NCBI GenBank assembly: GCA_043808155.1
Contig: JAZDFD010000024.1
Coordinates: forward strand, 3,265-67,264
Origin: Candidatus Iainarchaeum sp.
GTDB lineage: Archaea; Iainarchaeota; Iainarchaeia; Iainarchaeales; JAZDFD01
Length of the DNA stretch: 64,000 nucleotides
Direction: 5' to 3'
Positions 27,162 to 36,477 of this stretch are shown here, in pieces. Position 1 is the first letter of the stretch. Each line of letters begins with the position of its first letter. The notes under the pieces were generated by a model. The model ran no database searches, was not told the origin of the DNA, and worked only from the letters and a program-made list of their open reading frames with translations. The position numbers were made by a program, and so were the translations under genes.

Positions 27162-28418
27162 ATGTCCACAATACACTATTCTACTTCAGCCAAAGGCATT
27201 GGCGGGCAGATAAAACGAAGATATTCTGATTTTATAGTTGAGGAAAAAACACTGGATGGAAAGAAATGTGAAGTTAAGCGATTTATCAGTGATGAAGAAA
27301 TCCAAAAAGACAAAAATGAAATTTTAATTCCTGAAAACCCGGAAAAGAAAGAACAGCTTCATTTAGAACTTGAGAAAATAAACAAGGATTTGAATTTCAT
27401 AATAAAAGATTTAACACGTTATTTGAGATGCAGTAAAAAAAGAATTGGTTATGCTGGTTTAAAGGACAAACGGGGAGTTACCTGTCAGAAAATTTCAATA
27501 TTTGATCCTGATGTGGAAAAATTAAAAGTTTTTGGAAGAGCAGGAGTTGAATTAAGAAATGCAGAGTGGGCAGATGACAGAATTAACATAGGGAATTTGC
27601 AGGGAAACTATTTCACAATCACAATAAGAGATATTTCACTTGAAAAAGAAGAGTTAGAAACTGAAATAAAAAAATGCTTCAAAGAAATGAAAAATGGAAT
27701 TGCAAATTATTTTGGGGAACAGAGATTTGGGGGAATAAGACAGATTACTCACCTTGTTGGAAAAGAATTTGTGACAGGAAATTTCAAAAACGGAGTTATG
27801 CTTTATTTAACATCAACATGTCCTGAAGAACATGATGAAATAAGAAACGCGAGACTGAATCTTGGGAAAACAAATGATTTTGCACAGGCAACAAAAGAAT
27901 TTCCAAAAGAACAAAGATATGAACGTTCAATGATTCATCATTTATGCAAATATCCAAATGATTATGTGGGTGCGTTTGGAAAACTTCCTAAAGCTATAAG
28001 ATATCTTTTTACGCATGCATACCAAAGTTATCTTTACAATAAAATCATCGAGAAAAGAATCGAAAAATATGGCAAAATTGAGAAAATTGATGGTGATGTT
28101 CTGCACAACGGAATTCCGACTGTACCTTTAATTGGTTTTGAAACAAAACTTTCGGAAAGCAAAGCAGGGGAAATAGAAAAACTTGTGTTGGAAGAGGAAG
28201 GAGTTTCCACTGATAATTTCAAAGTCAAACAAATGCCTGAAATTTCATCAAAAGGAAATAAACGTGAGATTCTTCTTTATCCTGAAGAACTGAAACTTAT
28301 TGAAATTTCAGAAGATGAATTCTATGAAGGGAAATTAAAAGCAAAAATCACATTCTATCTTTCAAAAGGAAATTATGCAACAGTTGTTCTCGAAGAGCTT
28401 ATGAAAAGCTCTGCGTAA
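27162..28418 (+). CDS. truD: tRNA pseudouridine synthase TruD/Pus7-like
   Basis: FIVEE N-terminus, GYAGLKDKRGVTCQ catalytic Asp motif, NYFGEQRFG. Confidence 0.85.
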   Translation: MSTIHYSTSAKGIGGQIKRRYSDFIVEEKTLDGKKCEVKRFISDEEIQKDKNEILIPENPEKKEQLHLELEKINKDLNFIIKDLTRYLRCSKKRIGYAGLKDKRGVTCQKISIFDPDVEKLKVFGRAGVELRNAEWADDRINIGNLQGNYFTITIRDISLEKEELETEIKKCFKEMKNGIANYFGEQRFGGIRQITHLVGKEFVTGNFKNGVMLYLTSTCPEEHDEIRNARLNLGKTNDFAQATKEFPKEQRYERSMIHHLCKYPNDYVGAFGKLPKAIRYLFTHAYQSYLYNKIIEKRIEKYGKIEKIDGDVLHNGIPTVPLIGFETKLSESKAGEIEKLVLEEEGVSTDNFKVKQMPEISSKGNKREILLYPEELKLIEISEDEFYEGKLKAKITFYLSKGNYATVVLEELMKSSA

Positions 28419-28450
28419 ATAATAAAAGCTCATAGAGCATTATAGACTCT

Positions 28451-29413
28451 ATGGATTACGACCTTGTGAAATATGTTCTATTTGTTAGTTCTTTTTTGAT
28501 TTCATTAGGCGCAGTATTTATTTTCTCGAAAATCAACAAACAAAACGGGATAATTGGAATTGACATAAACAAAAAAGCCCAGACAATTATTCCTGAAAGT
28601 ACGGGCGTTGGTTTGCTTATTCCTCTGATTTTAGGAGTTGCAGCATATGCTTATCTTGAGGGTTTGAGAATTGGTTTAATTGCATGGATTGTCACGATTT
28701 TTGGTTTTGCTGCAGTTGGTTTTTTAGATGATGTACATCACAAATTTCTCAAGCAGACAATTGGCTGGCAAACGCGTGCAATTACAGTTGTTATTATTTC
28801 ATTAATTTTTTCAGTTCTTTATGCACCTGAATTATTGTGGGCAATTCCCATTGCAGCATTTATTGGAATTATTGCAGGACTTCAAAATACTTTTGCAGGT
28901 CTTAATGGCTGGGAAGTTGGTTCTGGTTTTATAATTTCTGCATTTTTAATGCTCGTGCTTTGGGAAAATCACTTTTTCCTGATTAGCGTAATTTTATGTG
29001 GGGCGATTTTAGGTTTGCTTTTACTCAATAAATATCCTGCAAAAGTATTTCCTGGTGACAGCGGAACATTGATTATTGGTTCTGCAATGTCAGCATTGGT
29101 TGTGCTTTCCGGAGATGTTAAAGCAATGCTAATCACATGTTTGTTTTTCATTCCGCATTTATTTGATTTTTTAATTCTTAAAATGCTGACAAATCCGAAT
29201 GACCCCAGCCAGATGAAAGTACGGCCTTATTCATTAAATGCACAGGGGAAACTTGAAATTCCAAAATACAAAGATGGCAAAATAAAATATGATTTTGCAA
29301 AATTAATAATCAGGATTTTCGGACCTCTGAAAGAATGGCAAATTATTTGTGTTATTTGGGGTGTTGTGATTGCTAATTGTTTATTATGGACTTATTTATT
29401 TGGTTACTTTTGA
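28451..29413 (+). CDS. Glycosyltransferase family 4 (MraY/WecA/AglH-like polyprenyl-phosphate sugar-1-P transferase)
   Basis: Polytopic; GFLDDVHH, NTFAGLNGWEVG and FPGDSGTL motifs. Confidence 0.7.
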   Translation: MDYDLVKYVLFVSSFLISLGAVFIFSKINKQNGIIGIDINKKAQTIIPESTGVGLLIPLILGVAAYAYLEGLRIGLIAWIVTIFGFAAVGFLDDVHHKFLKQTIGWQTRAITVVIISLIFSVLYAPELLWAIPIAAFIGIIAGLQNTFAGLNGWEVGSGFIISAFLMLVLWENHFFLISVILCGAILGLLLLNKYPAKVFPGDSGTLIIGSAMSALVVLSGDVKAMLITCLFFIPHLFDFLILKMLTNPNDPSQMKVRPYSLNAQGKLEIPKYKDGKIKYDFAKLIIRIFGPLKEWQIICVIWGVVIANCLLWTYLFGYF

Positions 29414-30404
29414 AAAGAAATGCAAACCCCATGCTTAAAAGTGTTGGAATAAGCAATCTGAAAACATCAAAAACAATTATTACAACTGCAATTTCTGAAA
29501 ATGATAATTCAATCATTGAAAGAGAAGGCATTGAAAGATATATGTAACCTGCAAGTTCAACAATACCAATACCACGTGGCAGGAAAGGAGTTCTTTCAAG
29601 TATGGAAAGTATCACAAACAAAACAATTACTGATTCAACCGGAATGAAAACATTTGCAGAATAAAATGCAAACAAAAGTGAAAGAAATTCAAAAACCCAT
29701 GAAAGAAAAACAACCGCGGTAATGAATACAAAGAAACTCAATGAAAGTGAACTCAAATAATCAGAATAACTTTCAAAAAACTTTTCCAGCTTTGAAAAAA
29801 TCTTAATTTTTGAAGATATTTTTCTTAATTGAAAAATCATTTTTGAACCTATTTTTTTGTTTATTGGCAAAAGAAATAACAAAGCAGCAAACAAAACAAC
29901 TGCAAAACCTGAGAGCATTGCAAACAACATTAACAGATTATATTTTGCAGTTAAAAGAAACATTCCCAAAAACAGTGCAGATGTTAGTGCAATAAGCATG
30001 AATTTAATTCCCTTTACAAGAAGAGATGCTGAAACAGAAATTGAATAGGGCGTGTTGTGGGATTCTTTAAGATGCAGGGATCTCATGGCTTCTGCACCTA
30101 CCTGAAGAGGTGTAAGAGCGCCATAAACTGCCCGCCATCCTGCAGAAAGCACACTTGAAAACCTTAGATTTGTGCGTTTTTTTAGCACAAAAGCCCATGA
30201 AATTATCCATATTGTGATAGATAACACAAAAAAAAGTGCCCCAAGGGTGCCCAAAACAGGATTTATGCTGGAAATTGTGGTGATTAGTTCACTTTGCCCA
30301 AGAAGACCACTGTTTCCCAACCCCCCAAAATATAGGATTAGAAGCGAAATAAGGGCGAAAACCGCTATCAGAGACACTATTGCAGTTTTTAGGTATTTGT
30401 CCAT
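29373..30404 (-). CDS. Flippase-like / lysyl-phosphatidylglycerol-synthase TM-region (UPF0104) family membrane protein
   Basis: 343 aa, about 8 TM helices; LTPLQVGAEAMR and PRGIGIVELAG resemble the family's P..GG.GE motifs. Confidence 0.45.
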   Translation of the reverse strand: MDKYLKTAIVSLIAVFALISLLILYFGGLGNSGLLGQSELITTISSINPVLGTLGALFFVLSITIWIISWAFVLKKRTNLRFSSVLSAGWRAVYGALTPLQVGAEAMRSLHLKESHNTPYSISVSASLLVKGIKFMLIALTSALFLGMFLLTAKYNLLMLFAMLSGFAVVLFAALLFLLPINKKIGSKMIFQLRKISSKIKIFSKLEKFFESYSDYLSSLSLSFFVFITAVVFLSWVFEFLSLLFAFYSANVFIPVESVIVLFVILSILERTPFLPRGIGIVELAGYIYLSMPSLSMIELSFSEIAVVIIVFDVFRLLIPTLLSMGFAFLFKSNQINKSIINN

Positions 30405-30406
30405 TT

Positions 30407-31027
30407 TCAGGCCCCTAATTTGTGAATCAGATCATTACTTTGACCAACAATGGTTTCTGCATCGCTGTAAAGAAGTTCTGCAAGAGTGAATGTGGCATTA
30501 CTAATGTTAGTGTAATCAGTAGGTGTAATGTAAATTTCATTTTCGTAAAGTTTGATTTGTGATTTTGATAAAGACTTCAAAGGACGTTCTAAAATAATTT
30601 TTACAGCATTTGAAGAATCCAAAAATGCATTGCATTCATCTACTGAAAAATTAATTTCAGAATCATAATTACCCATATTAGAACTGCATGAAACAAGTTC
30701 TGAATCTGCATTTACAACTTTCAAAAAAGTTATTGCATTTTTATCATGGGCAACTAAAACCACTGAAAGAGTTAACATTGAATTAAACATGTAATTGTTC
30801 AGAGCATCATTTTCTTTAAAATCGAAAATAAGCAAAAAGTCATTATTTGTTTTGTATGAATCCAATACATAAGTTAAATCATCAGAGTAAGAAATTATAG
30901 TAATATTATTTCTTTCAAAATTATTTGACGAAGCATAAAAAATAAATGCAAAAGCCACAATCAAAATTAATGAAATAATAATCAATAATTTGTGTGTTTT
31001 ACTAATCATACAATTTAATGCGCGCAA
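30407..31027 (-). CDS. Hypothetical N-terminally membrane-anchored protein
   Basis: 206-aa ORF with one N-terminal TM helix (LLIIISLILIVAFAFIF). No recognisable motifs. It lies between the S-layer gene and the flippase-like gene. Confidence 0.4.
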   Translation of the reverse strand: MRALNCMISKTHKLLIIISLILIVAFAFIFYASSNNFERNNITIISYSDDLTYVLDSYKTNNDFLLIFDFKENDALNNYMFNSMLTLSVVLVAHDKNAITFLKVVNADSELVSCSSNMGNYDSEINFSVDECNAFLDSSNAVKIILERPLKSLSKSQIKLYENEIYITPTDYTNISNATFTLAELLYSDAETIVGQSNDLIHKLGA

Positions 31028-31099
31028 AAGTAATAAAAAACAAACGAAATAATTAGGTCTTATACATAATCAATAACGATTTTTACATCATGCATAAAA

Positions 31100-31139
31100 T
31101 GAAAAAAAAGAAAAAGAAAATTAGGCAAAATGCCTAATT
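31100..31139 (-). terminator. Hairpin plus oligo-T terminator after the S-layer gene
   Basis: On the minus strand, AATTAGGCA-TTT-TGCCTAATT (9-bp perfect stem overlapping the stop codon) is followed by TTCTTTTTCTTTTTTTTC. Confidence 0.5.
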
Positions 31140-34072
31140 TATTTTAATGCTTCAAGTGCAGCAATCAATTCTTGTGCAGCTGTTTTTGTGTCAGATGCTG
31201 TGTAACCTGCAACAATGATGTCGCCGTCTGCAAGCATTTCTGCCACATACTGACCTGGTGAGGTCAATGCTTCTTCAAGAGTTGTGCCGTCGCTTAAACC
31301 TAGTCCAACTGCTAAGTTGTTTACTTTATGTCCACCAATTATGATGTGATTGCCTGCCCTGACATATGAATCATCATATACAAGGTCTCCTGCTGAGACA
31401 ACCGCTGAATATTTACTTGGTGTTGCGACTGCGTCACCAACTCCACAAGTTCCTGCTGTGTAGTTGATTGCACTTACTGTAACTTCTGTACCGCCTGAAG
31501 TTTTACCAGTATCTCCATCTCCGAGACCTGTTAAAGCTTCACCGCCGGATACAACAGTTGTAGTTCCTTCACCATATACAATGAACTTCAATTTCTCTTG
31601 GTTCTCTGGAATAGTGAAAGTCACTGCATCTTCAGTCAACACAGTTTTTGTACCATAGTCTGACCATGAATTCGCCACATATGATGAGTGATTAGTTCTC
31701 ATGTCATATCCTGTAGTACTTCCTCCAGTTGCTCTAAAGACATTTACATCACCGGAGTATGAACTCAAGTTAGTTGACCCTATGTCTGCACCTAATGGTT
31801 TTCCAGTTTCTGTGTTTATGAAGACATTGTAGTCACCACTAGATGAAAGTGCAGTAATGTCTAAATTCTCTGACACATTGAAGTGAGCAACATAGTAAAC
31901 TCCTGTTGAACCACCACCAAATCTAAGGTAATTTGGTACATAGTAGGAGAGTTCTGTTTCTAAGTCTTCGTCATTGTCAGTACCAATGAATGCTACGTCA
32001 CTAGTGTAGTAACCTGAAAGGTTAGTACTGTCTTCTAACAACAGATAGAATTCACCATCAGCTTCACTTGCATAGAATGCATATTCTACAGTGTCATCAA
32101 TACCCGTGGTAGTTAATGAAACTGGATTTGCATAGAATGCAAGACTGGTTGTGTTCTTATCGTCGTAGTAGAATGTGTTCATGTGGTTTGCAGTGTCGAT
32201 GTATTCAGAGTCTGATGGTGCTGTTGATCCACCAAGCGCCTGAGTTGCGAACTGACAGTTACCATCTGCAGTTAATGTAAGTGAGTTGTTGTCTGAACCC
32301 AATGTTGTAATAGTGTATGTTACACCATTGAGGTCCACACTTGCATAGTTACATGTTAGAATTCTACCGTCTAGCATGATTATGTTTGCATCTGCTACTG
32401 TTGCGTTGTCACAATCAACTGTTTTGAATTGCACCAATCCATTAATTGCATTTGTATCTGTTGGTGTTGGATCTGCTACATTCAAATCGAATACTGCTGC
32501 TTCATCACATTTGTAGTAGATTGTGTCGCCCATAAAGCTGAAGCTACTTCCGAGTGATCCTGTTGAACCTGTAATGACAAATGGAACTGCGTTTGCACCA
32601 TAGTATGGTGTTCCGCCATTGTCAGTATATCCAATAGATCCATCGTATGAACTAAAGCTTGGACCGTTGGTAACTGAACCAATCTCGACTTTTACTACTG
32701 ACTGATCAGCTTTCCAACCTTCGAATTTCAGAGTCACAATACCATATCCTGCAGCGTCTTCTTCACCTGCAAGGAAAACCCATTCATTGTTTGCTGCTTT
32801 ATCTGCATCAAATGCAGATTTTTCAGCATACAGTGGGGACTGTGTACTTCTCTTTGAAAGTCCGTTGTTGTTACTCTTAATTGTTATTTTTGTAATTGCT
32901 GTTTCGCTTGTAATTGTCTGAGTTCCTGCTGTGATTTCAGTTACCCAGTAGTCTTCGGTAGTTGAAGTTCTTGTTGATCTGTACGGGTATTCGTGGTTGT
33001 GCTTCATTTTTGCAATTGCTGAACCAGTTGTTACTGAAACTTTACCCTTGTTAGTTGTTGATTCCTTTGCTACTGACTCAATATAAACAACACCCTTTAA
33101 AGGATAATTTCCGCTTGAGTCAACAAATTGGTCGTTTAGGTATGCAGCTGCTGAAGCAGAGTATGTATCTACAAGGTTTCCTTCTTCATCATAAAGTGAG
33201 AAATCTGCCTTATATGTTGCTGTGCTGCCAGTCTCTGTTAGTGAATCGAAAGTTACAGTCATAGTCTGACCTGCGTAGTCTGCATCGCCTTCAAGGTCGG
33301 TTAATGATCCGCCCTCGTAGATTACTTGTGTTTCAGAATCTTTCATCAAAGTTATAGTGTAATCTGGTGATGTTCCGGATACACTTTGAACTTTGAATTT
33401 TTCACCAAAGAGGAAGATGTCGATTTTGTTTGCATCGCCTGATTCAAAAGTTATGGGGATTCCTTCCTGTATTAAAACTTCATAGTTGAAATCGTTTATC
33501 GAACTTGCGGAAACGATTAATTCACCCATACTTTTTGCGGCTTGTGTTTCAAATGCAGCATCTAAATCTAAACCAATTTTTTCTTCAATTCTTTGGTCGT
33601 ATGATGTTGAGTTAATTCTGTAAGTTAAGATTTCATCTTTAAGGAAAGCTAACTTGCCGTCATCTATTTCCAAAAGAAATTCTTTATTTAGTATATTTGA
33701 GGACATAGTGTTGTCATCGTAAGTGTGGCTTGAGTCTGAACTATATGATTCAGTTCCGCCGACTGTTAAGTCAACACTTAATCCTGTTGGGGTTGATTCG
33801 CCGCCTTCAGTACCTGGAGTTAGAACAACACTTTTGTCCATTGTTGCTAATTGTGCAACACGAACAGCAATGTTACCTGCCCAGATATAATCTGAAACAG
33901 CTGCGCCGTTTGAACCACCGACAATATCTACTACGGGTTTACCGTCACTGCCGATGATATCACTTTTTGCTAGATCTGTAAACTTTGCAGTTACCATTGG
34001 AGCAAGTGCTGTACCCAAAAGTGCAGCGCCGATTCCAATTGCAGCTAGCTTTTTGACATTAAGTCTTTTCAT
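31139..34072 (-). CDS. Putative S-layer / major surface glycoprotein
   Basis: About 977 aa. Signal peptide MKRLNVKKLAAIGIGAALLGTALAPMVTA; T/S/G/D/Y/N-rich with many N-x-S/T sequons. A strong GAGGTGA Shine-Dalgarno lies 8 nt before the ATG at 34072, so the track start at 34096 is less likely. Dedicated terminator. Confidence 0.6.
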   Translation of the reverse strand: MKRLNVKKLAAIGIGAALLGTALAPMVTAKFTDLAKSDIIGSDGKPVVDIVGGSNGAAVSDYIWAGNIAVRVAQLATMDKSVVLTPGTEGGESTPTGLSVDLTVGGTESYSSDSSHTYDDNTMSSNILNKEFLLEIDDGKLAFLKDEILTYRINSTSYDQRIEEKIGLDLDAAFETQAAKSMGELIVSASSINDFNYEVLIQEGIPITFESGDANKIDIFLFGEKFKVQSVSGTSPDYTITLMKDSETQVIYEGGSLTDLEGDADYAGQTMTVTFDSLTETGSTATYKADFSLYDEEGNLVDTYSASAAAYLNDQFVDSSGNYPLKGVVYIESVAKESTTNKGKVSVTTGSAIAKMKHNHEYPYRSTRTSTTEDYWVTEITAGTQTITSETAITKITIKSNNNGLSKRSTQSPLYAEKSAFDADKAANNEWVFLAGEEDAAGYGIVTLKFEGWKADQSVVKVEIGSVTNGPSFSSYDGSIGYTDNGGTPYYGANAVPFVITGSTGSLGSSFSFMGDTIYYKCDEAAVFDLNVADPTPTDTNAINGLVQFKTVDCDNATVADANIIMLDGRILTCNYASVDLNGVTYTITTLGSDNNSLTLTADGNCQFATQALGGSTAPSDSEYIDTANHMNTFYYDDKNTTSLAFYANPVSLTTTGIDDTVEYAFYASEADGEFYLLLEDSTNLSGYYTSDVAFIGTDNDEDLETELSYYVPNYLRFGGGSTGVYYVAHFNVSENLDITALSSSGDYNVFINTETGKPLGADIGSTNLSSYSGDVNVFRATGGSTTGYDMRTNHSSYVANSWSDYGTKTVLTEDAVTFTIPENQEKLKFIVYGEGTTTVVSGGEALTGLGDGDTGKTSGGTEVTVSAINYTAGTCGVGDAVATPSKYSAVVSAGDLVYDDSYVRAGNHIIIGGHKVNNLAVGLGLSDGTTLEEALTSPGQYVAEMLADGDIIVAGYTASDTKTAAQELIAALEALK

Positions 34073-34191
34073 GTTTTGTTTCACCTCACATCTCATAAAA
34101 AATAAGGTTAAGTTACAGGGACCCCTGTCTTAGATCATAAATTCTCTAATAGGCAATTGTAACTAGACCCAGTATCTTAAAACCCCGTGGG

Positions 34192-34202
34192 TATTTAAAT
34201 AG
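34192..34202 (-). promoter_or_regulatory. Candidate BRE/TATA box of the S-layer gene
   Basis: The minus strand reads GCGAAAACTATTTAAATACC about 120-130 nt upstream of the ATG, implying a long 5' UTR that contains the hairpin ACAGGG-GT-CCCTGT. Confidence 0.3.
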
Positions 34203-34367
34203 TTTTCGCTTTCGAAAAGCAATATAAATGCTTCTTTTCAGGAATAAAGCCCAAAATACGGGTTTTGTTGTATTGGGCATCGTCAATTCACGAATATAAA
34301 ATATACTTATTGTCTATACTATAAATACTATAAAGAATACTATAAAGAACACATCTGGTAATTATTA

Positions 34368-35006
34368 CTATTTTTTGAAAATATTCCTGTGAAATCTTTC
34401 AAGTTCTTCTCTGTTCATTAATTTTGTAACATACTCTGTATACTTATGAAGCATTTCTGACAGATCAATTAAACCATCCTGCAAATCATGTGCAGTGAAT
34501 TCCATTTTTTCTGGTTTAATAATTTCAAGTGACGCAGGTGCGTAAAACATTACAAAGTGCATTAAAGTTGTGAAGTCTCTTACTGTTAAATTAATTTCTA
34601 AATAAGAAGAATAATATTCATCTTCTTTTGTGATTTCTGCTTTTTCAACTGAATAAATTGTAAAATCTTTTTCTTTGTTAAGTGCAATTTCCATTTTTGA
34701 AAGTTGATGTTCAAGAAGTGTTTTTTCAATAGCCTGCATTTCAATAAAAGCATTAAGTCTTAGTTTGAAAGAATCATCTTCACTTATTCTTTTTCTTCTT
34801 TTCACTTCCTGACTTATATTTTCTTTTAATTTGTATTTTGTGGGATAGCCTTCCTTTACAATTACGTCTAGTTTTAGCAATCCACTAAGCTCCTGCATGA
34901 GCTTGTCATAGGGTATATCCAGCTGTTTATTCAGTTCTTCAGCTGTTTTAGAACCATACATCAACAGCATTGCAATTCGTTTTTGTTCCTCAGTAAAGCG
35001 AGTCAT
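34368..35006 (-). CDS. Winged-helix DNA-binding protein with a C-terminal domain of unknown function
   Basis: N-terminal EEQKRIAMLLMYGSKTAEELNKQLDIPYDKLMQELSGLLKLDVIVKEG fits a wHTH. It sits directly upstream of, and co-directional with, the S-layer gene. Confidence 0.45.
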   Translation of the reverse strand: MTRFTEEQKRIAMLLMYGSKTAEELNKQLDIPYDKLMQELSGLLKLDVIVKEGYPTKYKLKENISQEVKRRKRISEDDSFKLRLNAFIEMQAIEKTLLEHQLSKMEIALNKEKDFTIYSVEKAEITKEDEYYSSYLEINLTVRDFTTLMHFVMFYAPASLEIIKPEKMEFTAHDLQDGLIDLSEMLHKYTEYVTKLMNREELERFHRNIFKK

Positions 35007-35058
35007 AACTCAAAAGAGGTTAAAAACATTTTAAAACCATTGTGTGGTTAAAATTACT

Positions 35059-35388
35059 ATGTTCCCAATACTAGATGTAATTCCGGAACTCGTGGGAAAT
35101 GAGCTTGGGTCCACGATTACTGACACTGCAGCTGAGGGTGCAGCACAGCTTGTTGGAAATCCGCTTATTTTTGTCGGCGGGGTTGTTCTGATTTTAATTG
35201 CAGTTCTTGTTTTTGTTACACTTAAAAAAATATTAGTTAATTCAGTTCTGGGATTAGTTGGCTGGGTAATTGTTGTTATGCTTTTGCATATTGACCTTCC
35301 GTTTATTCCAAGTTTAATTATAAGTGCAATTTTTGGTTTAGCTGGTTTGGGTACACTTCTTTTACTGAGATTCTTTGGTTTATTTTAG
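35059..35388 (+). CDS. Small membrane protein (BofA-like?)
   Basis: About 110 aa with two or three hydrophobic helices. LVNSVLGLVGW....AIFGLAGLG resembles the pro-sigmaK-processing-inhibitor BofA family, which also occurs in archaea. Weak call. Confidence 0.35.
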   Translation: MFPILDVIPELVGNELGSTITDTAAEGAAQLVGNPLIFVGGVVLILIAVLVFVTLKKILVNSVLGLVGWVIVVMLLHIDLPFIPSLIISAIFGLAGLGTLLLLRFFGLF

Positions 35389-35419
35389 AAAAAGAATTAT
35401 TTAGTTACAAAACATTTAA

Positions 35420-36448
35420 TTACAAAATAATGTTTGATTGTGTTTTGCATTTTTTGCATTTTCCATCTGAATCTAATTCTTCAAAAGTTAGTGAATAACC
35501 ATTTCTGTTTATGAGAATTGCATTGCATTTACTGCAAACTGTACTAAGTTCAGAATTCACATTCCCAACATAGACGTTTTTCAGACCGGTTTCCAGTGCG
35601 ATATCACGTGCTAATTTGAGCTTTTCAATCGGCGTAGGTATGAGGTAATTCAGCTTGTACATTGGGCTGAATTTTGAAAAATGAAGTGGCATTTCAGGAT
35701 TGATTTCATAAATGAATTCTGAAATTTCTTTCAGTGTTTCTGTGTCATCATTGTAACCTGGAATTATTAATGTAGTTACTTCTGTGTGAACTTTTTTCTC
35801 GTTAAAGAATTTTATGTTTTCTTTTACAAATTTCATTTTTGCATTTCCCGCGATTTCATTGTAGAATTTTTCACTTCCTTTCAAATCAATATTTATTGCA
35901 TCAAGGAACGGCGTGATTTTTTCTGCGAGTTCTTTTGTCATATAACCATTTGAAACCCAGACATTGTACAAATCATTTTTCTTTGCAAGTTTCATAATTT
36001 CAAGTGCGTATTCTGCAAAAATCGTTGGTTCAGTGTAGGTGTAGGCAATTCCGTCTGCTTCTGAATTTAGGGTTTTTTCAATAACTTTTTCAGGCTCAGT
36101 GAAAGGAACTTTGTTCAGAGTTTCTTCATTTCTTACCTGTGAGATGTTATAGTTCTGACAATGTTTGCAGAAGAAATTACACCCCAATGTTGAGATGCTC
36201 ATGCAATGCGAATCCGGTCTGAAATGATAAAGCGGTTTTTTTTCAATTGGATCAACATCAAAAGTTATTGCTTTTCCATAAACTAATGAATATAATTTGC
36301 CTTCATTATTTTTTCTTACTCCGCAGAGTCCTATTTTTGATTCAGGAATTGTACATCTTCGATTGCATAAATTACACTGAACAATTTTGGACTCTTTTTT
36401 TTCATAGAGCATTGCTTCATGCAGTTTTTCTGAGTTCATTTCAGACAT
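35420..36448 (-). CDS. AmmeMemoRadiSam-system radical SAM enzyme
   Basis: N-terminal Cys cluster CNLCNRRC...CGVR, DPIEKKPLYHF, and radical SAM CNFFCKHCQN (CX3CX2C). Confidence 0.8.
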   Translation of the reverse strand: MSEMNSEKLHEAMLYEKKESKIVQCNLCNRRCTIPESKIGLCGVRKNNEGKLYSLVYGKAITFDVDPIEKKPLYHFRPDSHCMSISTLGCNFFCKHCQNYNISQVRNEETLNKVPFTEPEKVIEKTLNSEADGIAYTYTEPTIFAEYALEIMKLAKKNDLYNVWVSNGYMTKELAEKITPFLDAINIDLKGSEKFYNEIAGNAKMKFVKENIKFFNEKKVHTEVTTLIIPGYNDDTETLKEISEFIYEINPEMPLHFSKFSPMYKLNYLIPTPIEKLKLARDIALETGLKNVYVGNVNSELSTVCSKCNAILINRNGYSLTFEELDSDGKCKKCKTQSNIIL

Positions 36449-36477
36449 ATTTATGAACGCTTAAGATTATTAGTTTA

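Noticed and set aside
29373-29413. 41-nt convergent overlap of the GT4 and flippase-like genes, and the 14-nt overlap at 49682..49695
   Set aside because: Short convergent 3' overlaps are common in compact genomes. No additional signal is present.
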